Positions 49,474 to 59,172 are shown, counted from the first letter of the stretch. The stretch is DNA of 64,000 nt from SAR202 cluster bacterium bin22 (GCA_002238505.1 MPMM01000014.1:19845-83844), one strand, 5' to 3'. Notes: generated by a model from the sequence alone, not told the origin. Translations and numbers: made by a program.

Positions 49474-50613
49474 GTGAGATTAGCAATGTTCACCAGGTCA
49501 CTAGCCCTCTTCGCAACATCCCTCGCCATAGCTTTGGCAGTTGTCGCCTGTGGCGCGGCGTCCACACCCGCGCCCGCTGAAATTCAGGCTCCGCCCGTCA
49601 ACGCGCCGATGCCGGTAAGCACGCCAGCGTCGCCCGTCAACACGCCGATGCCGGCGGTCACGCCGGCTCTGCCAACTGACACTCCCTTGCCCACTGCCGA
49701 AGCCACTTATGCCCCAGTCACCGTCGAGAGTTGTACCGCATTCAAAGACGAGGAGGGCGAGATACAGACCGGCACGGCAAGCTACATCTACTCCGAGCCG
49801 CCAACTCGAGCCATCACGCTCAACCAGCATGTGACGGAGATAATGCTGGCCCTGGAACTGCAGGATCACATGGTGGGCACCGCCTACATCGACGACGAGA
49901 TTCTGCCCCAGTACCAGTCGGCGTACCAGTCCATCCCGGTGCTGGCCGAGGAATATCCTTCCCGGGAAGTCATACTGGCCCATAATCCCGACTTCATTTA
50001 CGGCGGCTTCCTCAGCGCCTTCGGAGACGGCGCTGCTGGCTCCCAGGACACGCTCAACGAGCTTGACATCGGAACCTACTTGACCAGTGCTATCTGCAAT
50101 GTTGGCTCCGCAGACACCCTCGATGATGTTTACGCCGATATACGAGCCATCGGCGACATATTCGGCGTACCCGACCGGGCCGATGCCCTGGTGCAGGCCA
50201 TGTCAGAGGAGGTGGCCGAAGCCGCACCCCGGACCGACAGCCCAGGCGATCCATTGCGGGTTTTCATTTTCGACTCTGGGGATGACTCCCCCTACACTGC
50301 TGTCTGCTGCTCCATGTTCACGAACATGCTCGAGACCGCAGGAGGCTCTAATGTGTTCGATGACGTGGATGGCCGCTGGAAATCCGTCAGTTGGGAAGAG
50401 GTCATAGACCGGGACCCCGAGCTGATTGTGCTCACCGAGGCCGACTGGTCCACCTCTCAAGAAAAAATCGACCTTCTCCTGGGCGATGCTGCCTTGGCAG
50501 ACATCACAGCCGTGAAGGAGCAGCGATTCGTCGTGCTCCAGTTCAGTTCCCTCGTACCTGGAATCAGGAACGCCGCAGCCATCGCCGAACTCGCCGAAGC
50601 AGTCGGTCAATAG
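49474..50613 (+). CDS. ABC transporter substrate-binding lipoprotein (cluster 8: siderophore / cobalamin / heme type)
   Basis: Signal peptide with lipobox VVAC, Pro/Thr-rich linker, periplasmic-binding-protein type 2 core (DPELIVL...). Confidence 0.8.
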   Translation: MRLAMFTRSLALFATSLAIALAVVACGAASTPAPAEIQAPPVNAPMPVSTPASPVNTPMPAVTPALPTDTPLPTAEATYAPVTVESCTAFKDEEGEIQTGTASYIYSEPPTRAITLNQHVTEIMLALELQDHMVGTAYIDDEILPQYQSAYQSIPVLAEEYPSREVILAHNPDFIYGGFLSAFGDGAAGSQDTLNELDIGTYLTSAICNVGSADTLDDVYADIRAIGDIFGVPDRADALVQAMSEEVAEAAPRTDSPGDPLRVFIFDSGDDSPYTAVCCSMFTNMLETAGGSNVFDDVDGRWKSVSWEEVIDRDPELIVLTEADWSTSQEKIDLLLGDAALADITAVKEQRFVVLQFSSLVPGIRNAAAIAELAEAVGQ

Positions 50614-50771
50614 GAAACGGCCTCAATGTCGATGCGGAAGAAATGGGATTGCTGAGAGACCGCGTTTCCAAGTCAACTGGCGTGCAAGCCAGCAATAGGA
50701 AGGAGGGAGATTTTCAAGTCTCTGTAACCCCCCACCCCCATGCCTCGGGGTCTCCCGAAGAGACGCGGCGC

Positions 50772-51797
50772 ATGGGCCTGGGCGTGGTCCTGACAGCGCT
50801 GGGCCTTGGGGCGCTGCTCTCGATTACCCTTGCCATCACCGTTGGGCCGGTCTATATTTCGCCCGTCACGGTCTGGCACATCATAGCCTCGCATACCTTT
50901 GGCGTGTCCCCCGGGGACTGGACTGCTGGGCAGGATCACATCGTTTGGCTTATACGGCTGCCCAGGGTGCTCCTTGCCGGAATCGTCGGCGCCGGGCTTG
51001 CAGTTGTCGGCGCCACCATGCAGGCAACGGTACGGAACCCCCTGGCCGATCCCTACCTGCTGGGCACCTCCTCAGGGGCATCAGTCGGGGCAGTCCTCGT
51101 CATCATGCTGGGCATCAATTTCCTCGCGCCTTACTCGCTGTCCATACTGGCTTTCGTGGGTGCGGTTGGTTCCTTCGCCATCGTTTTTGTCATGGCCCAG
51201 ACCCGGGGTCGCGTCTCCCCCACACGGCTGATACTTGCCGGCGTCGCCACGGCCTATGTCCTTTCGGCCATCACCAGCTTAATCCTGTTCATGGGCGACG
51301 AAAGGGCCGTACGGGGAGTGCTCTTCTGGATGCTGGGGACGCTGTCCGGAGCGGAGTGGAGCTATCTCGGTTTGCCGGCGGCGGCGCTGCTGGTGGGCAT
51401 TTCTTTCCTGGTGCTGAAATACCGCGCCATGAACGCGCTTCTAGCGGGAGAAGAAACGGCGGTCACTCTTGGGGTGAACACCCAGGCCCTTCGCTGCCAG
51501 CTCCTCGTTCTGACTGCCCTGCTAACCGGCGTAATGGTGGCGGTATCCGGCGCCATCGGCTTCGTTGGGTTGATGATGCCCCATGTCGTACGGCTGGTGT
51601 CAGGCGCTGACCATCGCCTGGTCCTTCCCGCCAGCGCCCTTGCTGGTTCCATCTTCCTTATTTGGGTGGACGTCCTGGCCCGGACCATTGTTCAGCCCCA
51701 GGAAATTCCAGTCAGTATAATCACCGCCCTGGTGGGCGCGCCGTTCTTCCTGTGGCTGTTGCGTTGGCGTCGCCAGGCCTATGGAGGACAGGTCTGA
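50772..51797 (+). CDS. FecCD/BtuC-family ABC permease
   Basis: 341 aa from ATG 50772, with 9-10 TM segments and RLPRVLLAGIVGAGLA, PLADPYLLG motifs. An alternative start lies at 50643. Confidence 0.85.
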   Translation: MGLGVVLTALGLGALLSITLAITVGPVYISPVTVWHIIASHTFGVSPGDWTAGQDHIVWLIRLPRVLLAGIVGAGLAVVGATMQATVRNPLADPYLLGTSSGASVGAVLVIMLGINFLAPYSLSILAFVGAVGSFAIVFVMAQTRGRVSPTRLILAGVATAYVLSAITSLILFMGDERAVRGVLFWMLGTLSGAEWSYLGLPAAALLVGISFLVLKYRAMNALLAGEETAVTLGVNTQALRCQLLVLTALLTGVMVAVSGAIGFVGLMMPHVVRLVSGADHRLVLPASALAGSIFLIWVDVLARTIVQPQEIPVSIITALVGAPFFLWLLRWRRQAYGGQV

Positions 51798-52627
51798 TGC
51801 GCCTTCAGGCTGACCATGTTAACTGGAGCATTGATGGAAAGCCCATCCTGAGGGATGTTTCGCTGGCGGTGGAACCCGGCACCATTACCGGGCTTATCGG
51901 ACCCAACGGCAGCGGCAAGTCCACTCTTCTGCGCTGCATCTACCGCGCACAGAAACCCGATTCGGGAACCATCACCCTCGACGGGCACGACCTCATTCGC
52001 ATGGACAGTCGGGAATCCGCCCGCCGGATCGCGGTTGTCTTGCAGGAGTACCCCTCGGATTTCCAGTTCACGGTGGGCGAAATCGTTTCCATGGGGCGAA
52101 ATCCCCACAAGGGAATGTTTGACCGGGACACACCGGCAGACCGGGGCATCATAAGGGACGCCCTCGCCCGCGTTGGGCTCGCCGGATTTTCCCATCGGAA
52201 CTTCAATACCCTTTCCGGGGGAGAAAAGCAGAGGGTTATTATCGCCAGGACGCTGGCCCAACAGCCGAATTTCCTCGTTCTGGACGAACCCACCAACCAC
52301 CTGGACATCCGCTATCAGCTGGAGACCATGGAGCTGGTACGGGACCTGGGGCTGACCACGTTAGCCGCCCTTCACGACCTGAACATTGCCGCGGATTACT
52401 GTGACTTCATACATGTGATTGACGGGGGCAGGATAGTGGCGTCTGGGACTCCGGCAGAAGTCCTGCACCCGGACATTATCGCGGATGTCTTTGGGGTGGG
52501 CTCATCGGTGGGCGAGGATACGATGACCGGAAGGCTCCGCATCAGCTTCTACCTCAATGGCCATTCCTCCAGGGAGGCTGCGGCAGCCCGTTCCTCCCCG
52601 AACTGGCCCACCCCCTCGAGGCAATAG
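51797..52627 (+). CDS. ABC transporter ATP-binding protein (FepC/BtuD type)
   Basis: GPNGSGKST Walker A, LSGGEKQR signature, LVLDEPT Walker B. The ATG overlaps the permease TGA (tgatg). Confidence 0.9.
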   Translation: MRLQADHVNWSIDGKPILRDVSLAVEPGTITGLIGPNGSGKSTLLRCIYRAQKPDSGTITLDGHDLIRMDSRESARRIAVVLQEYPSDFQFTVGEIVSMGRNPHKGMFDRDTPADRGIIRDALARVGLAGFSHRNFNTLSGGEKQRVIIARTLAQQPNFLVLDEPTNHLDIRYQLETMELVRDLGLTTLAALHDLNIAADYCDFIHVIDGGRIVASGTPAEVLHPDIIADVFGVGSSVGEDTMTGRLRISFYLNGHSSREAAAARSSPNWPTPSRQ

Positions 52628-52741
52628 CCTGGGCGCGGTTTACCCGCACCTGGGGCAAACCGGTCGCCGGATTCGCCACCCCTTCCACAGAGTCCGCAGG
52701 CTCAAGGCAGCGGCCTGCAGGGTCCATTCGGCCAGGGCAGG

Positions 52742-53509
52742 TCAGGAAATTTCGATACCGACGGGGCAGTGATCGGACCCCATTACGTCGGGCATTATGA
52801 AGCCATTGGTCAGGTTGGAGGCGAAATCGCTGTCGGTGAAGAAGTAGTCGATGCGCCAGCCCACGTTCCGGTCCCGCGCGCGGGTCATCTGGTCCCACCA
52901 ACTGTAGTTGTTCGGTTCCTGGTTGAACCGGCGAAAGGTGTCAACGTAGCCGTGGTCAATGAAGGTATCTATCCAGGCCCGTTCCTCGGGGAGGAAGCCG
53001 GATATCTTCTCGTTCTCCTTGGGCCGGGCGAGGTCGATTTCCTTGTGGGCGGTATTTACGTCGCCGCACACAACCACATTGCGGCCGTCCTGTCGCAGCC
53101 TGTCCACGTAATCCAGGAAGGCGTCGTAGAACTCCATCTTGTAACGCAGACGCTCGGCGGACCGCTTGCCATTGGGGAAATAGATGCCCAGGAAGACGAA
53201 GTCATCGAAGTCGGCGACGATGGTGCGGCCCTCGCTGTCGAACCGCTCAACGCCCAGGCCGAAGCTGACGCTGCGGGGTTCGTGACCTTCGCGGGTGTAG
53301 AGGCCCACGCCGCTGTAACCCTTTCGCTCCGGAGTGGTGAACCAGCAGGAATAACCCTCGACCTGCGTCAGGGCGGCGGGCAACTGGGACTCGTGGGCCT
53401 TGGTTTCCTGGAGGCACAGCACGTCGGGCTGCGCTTCCTGAAACCACTCAAGGAATCCCTTCTTGTGAGCTGCCCGAATGCCGTTGACGTTCCATGAAAT
53501 CAGCTTCAT
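52742..53509 (-). CDS. xth: Exodeoxyribonuclease III
   Basis: [13 protein letters not shown] start, LQETK, C-terminal SDHCPV. Confidence 0.92.
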   Translation of the reverse strand: MKLISWNVNGIRAAHKKGFLEWFQEAQPDVLCLQETKAHESQLPAALTQVEGYSCWFTTPERKGYSGVGLYTREGHEPRSVSFGLGVERFDSEGRTIVADFDDFVFLGIYFPNGKRSAERLRYKMEFYDAFLDYVDRLRQDGRNVVVCGDVNTAHKEIDLARPKENEKISGFLPEERAWIDTFIDHGYVDTFRRFNQEPNNYSWWDQMTRARDRNVGWRIDYFFTDSDFASNLTNGFIMPDVMGSDHCPVGIEIS

Positions 53510-53889
53510 GCTCTGCTCCCTCAGCCACATCCACCCCAGAGAAAGTGGGGGAATTGCCGTTTAACGCCCATTTTAACAAATGCAGCGGCCCATTTGGGAA
53601 GCCGGGATGGAACTGGGTATCATTGTCCATAATCCTTTATGGTCGAACCCATGCTCCCTTCATTACAGCATCTAATGCACCAGTGAATGGAACGAGAGTG
53701 AAGGATTGAGCTTTGGCATGCCGGGCAAACCTTGCTGCGCCACTCGATTCCTTGCCCCAATAACGTTGTTGTTATACGCTTGTCGCAATACCGTGACTCT
53801 TGCTGCAGTACCCCTGCAGCAATTGCCGCGACATATAGCAGTGAGACAAAGGCCCGGGATTCCGGGCCGCACATGAAGGAGGAAGACAG

Positions 53890-54855
53890 ATGGCTACTTG
53901 GAAAGTCGCCTATTTCAGCGGCGTTGGCGGACGCCCTGCCACCATGCTTGAGCAGGCGCCGGATGAAATCGAGGTTACTGTAGTGGACCCGGCTCTGTCG
54001 GATTCAGAAAAAATCGAGCTTTGCCGCGATGCAGACGCCCTCGTCACCAGCGACGTCAGCACCGCCGTGCTGCAAGAGTGCCCCCGGGTAAAGCTGATCC
54101 AGACCCTGAGTGCAGGCTACGACCGGCTGGACCTGGAGGCCATCCTTGAGATGGGCATACCCGTGGCCAACAACGGCGGCGCCAACGCGATTTCGGTGTC
54201 GGAGCAGACCCTTGCCCTGATGATCGGCATCAACCGGAACCTGATGGCCCAGTGGGACAGCACCACCCGGCGGCGGGAGTGGCGAAGCGACCTCTACCAG
54301 ACTGACCTGTCGGAAGTTACCGACAAGACGGTGGGCATCGTGGGTTTGGGACGCATAGGCCGGCACGTGGCCAAACGGCTGGTCGGGTTCGATACCCGGA
54401 CCATCTTTTACGACGTGGAGGATATTCCGGAGGATGTCCAAAGCGAGGTCAAGGCGTCTCCTGTGTCCTTTGACGAACTGCTGGAGACCTCCGATATCGT
54501 CACCCTCCACGTTCCCCTCACCCGGCGAACCCGGGGCATGATGTCGGACCGGGAATTTGGCATGATGAAGGAGACGGCCTTCCTGATTAACCTCTGCCGC
54601 GGGCCGGTGGTGGACGAGGCAGCCCTCTACCGCGCCTTGACCGAGGGGAAGATTGCGGGCGCCGCAGTGGACGTTCTGGAGGTGGAGCCCACGCCCGCCG
54701 ACAATCCCCTGTTCGAACTGGACAACGTGATCATCACCCCGCATATGGCCGGTCAGAGCCAGGAGACCGCCCTGCGGGCAGCGCACTTCGCCTGCGGCAA
54801 TATCCTCCGCGTGCTGTCGGGACAGGAGGCCGAGTCCCTGGTAACACCGGAATAG
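53890..54855 (+). CDS. D-isomer-specific 2-hydroxyacid dehydrogenase family
   Basis: NAD motif GIVGLGRIGRHVA, catalytic region ...CRGPVVDE...ITPHMAG. Confidence 0.88.
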   Translation: MATWKVAYFSGVGGRPATMLEQAPDEIEVTVVDPALSDSEKIELCRDADALVTSDVSTAVLQECPRVKLIQTLSAGYDRLDLEAILEMGIPVANNGGANAISVSEQTLALMIGINRNLMAQWDSTTRRREWRSDLYQTDLSEVTDKTVGIVGLGRIGRHVAKRLVGFDTRTIFYDVEDIPEDVQSEVKASPVSFDELLETSDIVTLHVPLTRRTRGMMSDREFGMMKETAFLINLCRGPVVDEAALYRALTEGKIAGAAVDVLEVEPTPADNPLFELDNVIITPHMAGQSQETALRAAHFACGNILRVLSGQEAESLVTPE

Positions 54856-55034
54856 TCTAGGGGCCGGTGGCAGTCCCAGGTCAATCGGACGAAAGGGGCG
54901 GGCACGGAACGGCTGGCAAGGCACCGGCGTTCCCGCGCCGGCCAGCATCCCACTGACCTGCCCCCGAAAACTGGTCCAGTCTGAGTGCGAGTTTTCCGGG
55001 ATGATCTAAACTTACGGAATATAAGGATCATCCC

Positions 55035-55124
55035 GTGAAGAAATCCCGGTACAGTCCCGAGCAGGCGCTATTCGACCTGCGCCAGGCGGAGGAGGGCGCC
55101 CAAGTGGCCGAGGTCTGCCGCTAG
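55035..55124 (+). pseudogene. IS3-family transposase OrfA N-terminal stub (29 codons)
   Basis: VKKSRYSPEQALFDLRQAEEGAQVAEVCR-stop matches the start of the IS3/IS911 OrfA HTH. It is truncated where the next gene ends. Confidence 0.6.
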
Positions 55125-55867
55125 AGGCCGTCGAGCAGCCTCCCCCATCCGGCGCTGCGAGGCTTCGCGTCGATTGCCTTGAGGGTTGCCCAGAACAAGG
55201 CCAGGTCTCCTGCGACCACAGGCAGGCTCGTCGCCGCTTCAAGCTCCGCAGCGTGCCCGAGGAGACGGAGGCCCCCACCACAGACGACGATGGCGTCAAC
55301 GCTGGGTCCGGTGCGCTCTGCTGTCCTGAGGACGTGCGCCTTTGTGATTGCTGCGTCGTGTTCCCACGCGAGCCTGTCGGACTCTTCAACAGAAGCTACG
55401 ATACCCTGCTCGATCCAACTCTCCTGCAAGATGACTTCGAAGCCGTTGGACTCGAAGCCGCGCCTTGCCATGGAGGTCCAATCGTCCGTGGCGTAGTAGC
55501 CGCCGGCAATGGCGATACGGTGGATGCCCAGGTGGTCGAGTGCGTCGAGCATCGCAGCACCCATCAACACGACAGGTATGCCGGCTGCGTCCGCCACCCG
55601 GGACTGCGATTCCCGAGCGCGCTCCGCGTGGATGAGCGAAAACGGGATGCCGAACTGCGCTACGACGTCGGCTCCCGCTACAGCGAGGTCTTGGGCGGCT
55701 TCCTGAATTGTGGGGAGCGCCTCAACGATGCGGTCGAGGCGGAATTCGGCCATCGTCCGGCCCAGGCCGCGGGCAAGGAAGTATGCACCTGCGGCGCTCG
55801 TTCCGTCGGGGGCCACCCGCAGGAAATCAAGCGGAGTGTCGTTCCAGGGCTGCGTGGAACTGTTCAC
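55121..55867 (-). CDS. Asp/Glu/hydantoin racemase superfamily protein (maleate isomerase / arylmalonate decarboxylase-like)
   Basis: ~248 aa with the two-lobe pattern and conserved-looking segments VVLMGAAM and IVVCGGGLR. Family-level call only. Confidence 0.6.
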   Translation of the reverse strand: MNSSTQPWNDTPLDFLRVAPDGTSAAGAYFLARGLGRTMAEFRLDRIVEALPTIQEAAQDLAVAGADVVAQFGIPFSLIHAERARESQSRVADAAGIPVVLMGAAMLDALDHLGIHRIAIAGGYYATDDWTSMARRGFESNGFEVILQESWIEQGIVASVEESDRLAWEHDAAITKAHVLRTAERTGPSVDAIVVCGGGLRLLGHAAELEAATSLPVVAGDLALFWATLKAIDAKPRSAGWGRLLDGL

Positions 55868-56123
55868 TTGTCTGGGGCAGGACTATCACTTGGGAGTTCT
55901 CTGCCCAGGTTGCTACGGCTTCTGCGGTGATGCGGTGCCTCTCGCGCCCTTTCCTGCTGGCGTTATTAAGCAGTTCTGTCAGCACCATCTCGGTGGTAAC
56001 TGGCGTTGTAACTGGCGTTGCGCTCTGCAAGGTGAGACTGAGTTCTCTGGCCTTGGTGTTCAGGCTGTCATTGCTGTTGAGCAGTGCTATCCAGTAGCCG
56101 GTATCGGCAAAGACCTCGGGCAT
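55827..56123 (-). CDS. vapC: PIN-domain toxin VapC (short)
   Basis: Start moved to ATG 56121-56123 (MPEVFADTGYWIALLN...TEMVLTELLN), which carries the PIN acidic residues. Confidence 0.7.
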   Translation of the reverse strand: MPEVFADTGYWIALLNSNDSLNTKARELSLTLQSATPVTTPVTTEMVLTELLNNASRKGRERHRITAEAVATWAENSQVIVLPQTSEQFHAALERHSA

Positions 56124-56373
56124 TACTCTTCTCCCTCGGGTAGTCATACAGGTGATGCCTGTAATTTTTGGACTCGTCGGTGGGGGTGTTGTCCCACAGG
56201 CCTGCTGGCGCTGACAGGAGGACTCGGTCAGTGGCCTCCAATATGGTTTCATGTCGCCTTGCTTCCGGTGCTGGTGTAATCTCGAGGGTGACCAGTGTCC
56301 CCTCCTCGAGGTCCAGGGGCTCCAGGGGTATCAGTGATCCGTTGATGTATTCGGCTGTCAGTCGCAGGGCCAA
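56068..56373 (-). CDS. AF2212/DUF104-like antitoxin (VapB-type)
   Basis: TTG start at 56371-56373, 6 nt after gggagg. AEYINGSLIPLEPLDLEEGTLVTLEI matches the DUF104 signature. The 3' end overlaps vapC by ~56 nt. Confidence 0.55.
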   Translation of the reverse strand: MALRLTAEYINGSLIPLEPLDLEEGTLVTLEITPAPEARRHETILEATDRVLLSAPAGLWDNTPTDESKNYRHHLYDYPREKSNARGLCRYRLLDSTAQQQ

Positions 56374-56488
56374 GTTGATCCTCCCTTTTGGGGTTGTGCT
56401 ATCGGGCCTTATTACAGCGGCCTTATTACAACGGGTTGATGTTGCCTGCTGGCCGTTTGGGGGAGGCTGGCTGGTCAGGTCCGGCGGG

Positions 56489-56923
56489 TCAGCCCTTGAC
56501 GGGGACGGGTTTATGGACGTCGTCGACGATCTGGGAGTGGTGGCGGGCGGCGCGGGCGTATTCGGAGAGGGAGCCGTTGGGTTGGAAGTGGAGGTCGCGT
56601 TCCAGGGGGATGGGCGGGCCTGATATGACGGCGCCGTTACGCGGGTTACGGATTTTAATGCTGACGCGAATGTCGTTGAGTTCAGAGAGGGAGATGTAGC
56701 CGAGTTCGGGGCACTGGAAGCCGAGGTCGGCGAGGCCGAACATGGTGTCGTCGTCGTCGGGGTCGATGGCGAAGATGAGCCAAGTGGCGGGGCCGGTGGG
56801 GTCAAATATCTTGAGGACTGGGGGCATGTTGGCTCTCTGATCTGGCCAGTTTTCGTGGGGCTGATGGCTAGAGGTCTCATGGATGGGATTATGGGAGGTC
56901 ATGGCCTGGCAAGGAACTCCCAA
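56489..56923 (-). CDS. DUF2958-domain protein
   Basis: LKIFDPTGPATWLIFAIDPDDDDTMFGLADLG...ELGYISLSELNDI...LERDLHFQP is the DUF2958 core, common on plasmids and ICEs. Start uncertain. Confidence 0.75.
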   Translation of the reverse strand: MGVPCQAMTSHNPIHETSSHQPHENWPDQRANMPPVLKIFDPTGPATWLIFAIDPDDDDTMFGLADLGFQCPELGYISLSELNDIRVSIKIRNPRNGAVISGPPIPLERDLHFQPNGSLSEYARAARHHSQIVDDVHKPVPVKG

Positions 56924-57116
56924 ATTGGCGATCTCCTGACGGAAGTGTCGGCGCAGCCGCCGCGGGCGCCGTCTCTAATCAGTACGAGGGAGATCATATA
57001 GCTTAGCTGCGGCTATTGCTAGCTAGAGAGCTACATAGCGGAATCTCCACTTTTCTCTTAGTGAATTTAAGCTGTTGGAGCCTGGCTCCAACAGCTGGCA
57101 CTGCTGGTAAGAAGGA

Positions 57117-57344
57117 TCAACGTCTCCATGCGTCGGCCAACTTCTGAACCAGGACCTTGACGGCCATGGCAACGGTAACCGGCCATATGAGAATGAGCCC
57201 GGCGTAAGCGACGGTCCAGGCCAGGGGTCCGGGTTTTGGTCCAGGGGCCCGGCGCCGACGTTCATGGCGCCCTTTTCCAAAGGCAACCAAAAGGGCGACA
57301 CCGGTAGCAAGGTAAAGGATGAGGGCGAGGGCGACAGTTTCCAT
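57117..57344 (-). CDS. Hypothetical two-TM small membrane protein
   Basis: 75 aa with two hydrophobic helices separated by an R/P-rich loop. Coding-like codon bias. Confidence 0.4.
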   Translation of the reverse strand: METVALALILYLATGVALLVAFGKGRHERRRRAPGPKPGPLAWTVAYAGLILIWPVTVAMAVKVLVQKLADAWRR

Positions 57345-57873
57345 GGCCGCGTGCAGTCCTACTTTTTGCTGGGATGCAAATCCTCTCGCCGGAGAGTGTC
57401 ACGTTTTGCCTTGTCGGGTCTGAGACTATTCCCCATCGGTCCCTGCTGCCAACGCGTTAAGGGCCGTTTTCCGGCCTGGCGTAAACGCGGACCGGTGTTG
57501 GGGGCAGGAAAAACGGCCTGTTGAGCCTCCTGGGGCCTTTCAGGGCTGTTCTGGGGCGGGTCCGGTCCAGAACGGTTGAATTAATCCTGCCTCAAGCCCT
57601 TCCACCTGCAGGCCCTGCTGCAGGCGACGGCTCTTGAATGAATAGAGAGGGACCCTGTCGGTAGCCCGTTGTGGCCCGGGGCGGTTTCCATCGGAGGAGG
57701 TTGACGGCGATCACCGCCAATCGGTGTAGTCCACCGCCAGGCGGGCCTGAACTGGCGCTATAGATTCTACAATCCGGTGCTTCCGTCCGGTTGCAGGCCC
57801 ATTTCTCCAGGGATGTTTCGCAACCAGAAGGCCGCTATCGACTCGCCCAATGCGACGTTACTAGTCTACGGCG

Positions 57874-59172
57874 TGTGGACATTTAGCCCGCACACAGTCA
57901 GCGTTGCAGATCCCGAAGGGTCTGCGGTGCTATTCTCCGGTCCTTCGGGCCAGTTTCACCGGCGCTCGGGGCGTCGGTCAGAGCTTTCCCGTCACGGAGC
58001 GTTGGCCCCCTGCCTTGGGAAAGAGGTTCCTCAGCTTGATGGCGGCGTTGGCGTTTCTCTCGTGTCTTGTCCCGCAGGTCTCGCAGGTCCAGTACCTTTC
58101 CCGCTTGATTTTCGCGTTATAGGTCTGGCATGCGTTGCATAGCTTGCTGATGGGGTAGAACCGGTGGGCGACGACCACGTCGGTATGCCGCCAGTTGCAC
58201 TTGTATTCTAGTTGCCTGCGGATTTCTCCCATTGAAGCGTCCGCCTGGGCCTTGGGAGTGAGTCCCTGCTTCATTCCCTGGACGTTCAGGTCCTCGATTA
58301 CCAGGGTGTGGTACTTCCTGGTCAGGGTATGGGTCATTTGGTGAACGGCGTTCTGCCTTATGCCTCTTATCCTGCGGTGACATCTGTTGATGCGCCTCTG
58401 TGCCTCGTGCCAGCCCCGGGAACTCCGTTGTCGTCGGGCTTGGGCCCTCTGCCAGCGCCGGAGCCTGCGTTCGATCTGATAGTAGGCCTTGGGATTCTCG
58501 TAGGTCTGCCCGTCGGAGTCGGAGGCGTGGGGATTGATGCCGGAGTCCACAGCTCCTGTAATTCTTTGGTCCGGCTGCGGCCTGGCTTCCGGTTCCTTGC
58601 AGTACTTGAGGCAGAGATACCACCGGCCGTTCTGCAGCCTGATGTGGGCGTCGTGATATATGCCCTTCGGCAGGGTGTGAGCCAGCTTGGCAAAGCCTAT
58701 TACAGGCAGGCGGGCCCGCCGCTTGCCGTTGTAGCGGATCTGCTGTACTCCGCTGGCTGCCCTGAAGGATCCCTCGCCGGTGAGTTTCCTTTTTAGGAAC
58801 TTGGGAACCCGGGACTTGGTATTGGGGTTGCGCCAGTTGGCGACGGCTTTGCCGAATTCCATGAAGGCGCCCTCGGCGACGCGGCTGGCCATTTTCGTGA
58901 CGAAGGGGTAATCCTCGTGCTTGCAGGCGTTGAAGGCCTTGTATGTGTCTTGCCAACTGGGCCACGGGAGCCGGTTAATCCGGTGGAACCGGTGGGTGGC
59001 CACGGCCAGGTTGTAGCAGAAACGGCCTACTCCCAGGACCTGCCGGCAGTATTCTTCCAGGTTGCGTGTCAGCCGTAGGGGGATTCTGGTTCCTGCGGGA
59101 ACCCATCCTTCAAGGCATGACGATTTCCGTTCTGCTGCTTTCAAGATTTCTTCCTCGGTCTAAATGTCCACA
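57874..59172 (-). mobile_element. Solo tnpB element (IS200/IS605-IS1341-like, no tnpA) bounded by a perfect 13-bp inverted repeat
   Basis: tgtggacatttag (57874-57886) is the reverse complement of ctaaatgtccaca (59160-59172). The pair brackets only the tnpB ORF. Confidence 0.6.
57978..59144 (-). CDS. tnpB: TnpB (OrfB_IS605) RNA-guided nuclease homolog
   Basis: N-terminus ...GVGRFCYNLAV..., RuvC-I AVDSGIN, RuvC-II LVIEDLNV, zinc ribbon CNAC...CETCG. The final motif reads HERNANAAIKL where DRDxNAAxNI is expected. Confidence 0.85.
   Translation of the reverse strand: MKAAERKSSCLEGWVPAGTRIPLRLTRNLEEYCRQVLGVGRFCYNLAVATHRFHRINRLPWPSWQDTYKAFNACKHEDYPFVTKMASRVAEGAFMEFGKAVANWRNPNTKSRVPKFLKRKLTGEGSFRAASGVQQIRYNGKRRARLPVIGFAKLAHTLPKGIYHDAHIRLQNGRWYLCLKYCKEPEARPQPDQRITGAVDSGINPHASDSDGQTYENPKAYYQIERRLRRWQRAQARRQRSSRGWHEAQRRINRCHRRIRGIRQNAVHQMTHTLTRKYHTLVIEDLNVQGMKQGLTPKAQADASMGEIRRQLEYKCNWRHTDVVVAHRFYPISKLCNACQTYNAKIKRERYWTCETCGTRHERNANAAIKLRNLFPKAGGQRSVTGKL

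Noticed and set aside
50391-50771. Long N-terminal extension of the ABC permease overlapping the substrate-binding protein gene
   Set aside because: The extension is Arg-rich and non-membrane and overlaps a well-supported gene. An internal ATG at 50772 gives a canonical 341-aa FecCD permease.
56068-56880. 270-aa Pro/Thr/Ser-rich ORF
   Set aside because: It is a composite. Its C-terminal third is the DUF104-type antitoxin. The rest is an alternative frame of the DUF2958 gene and intergenic DNA.
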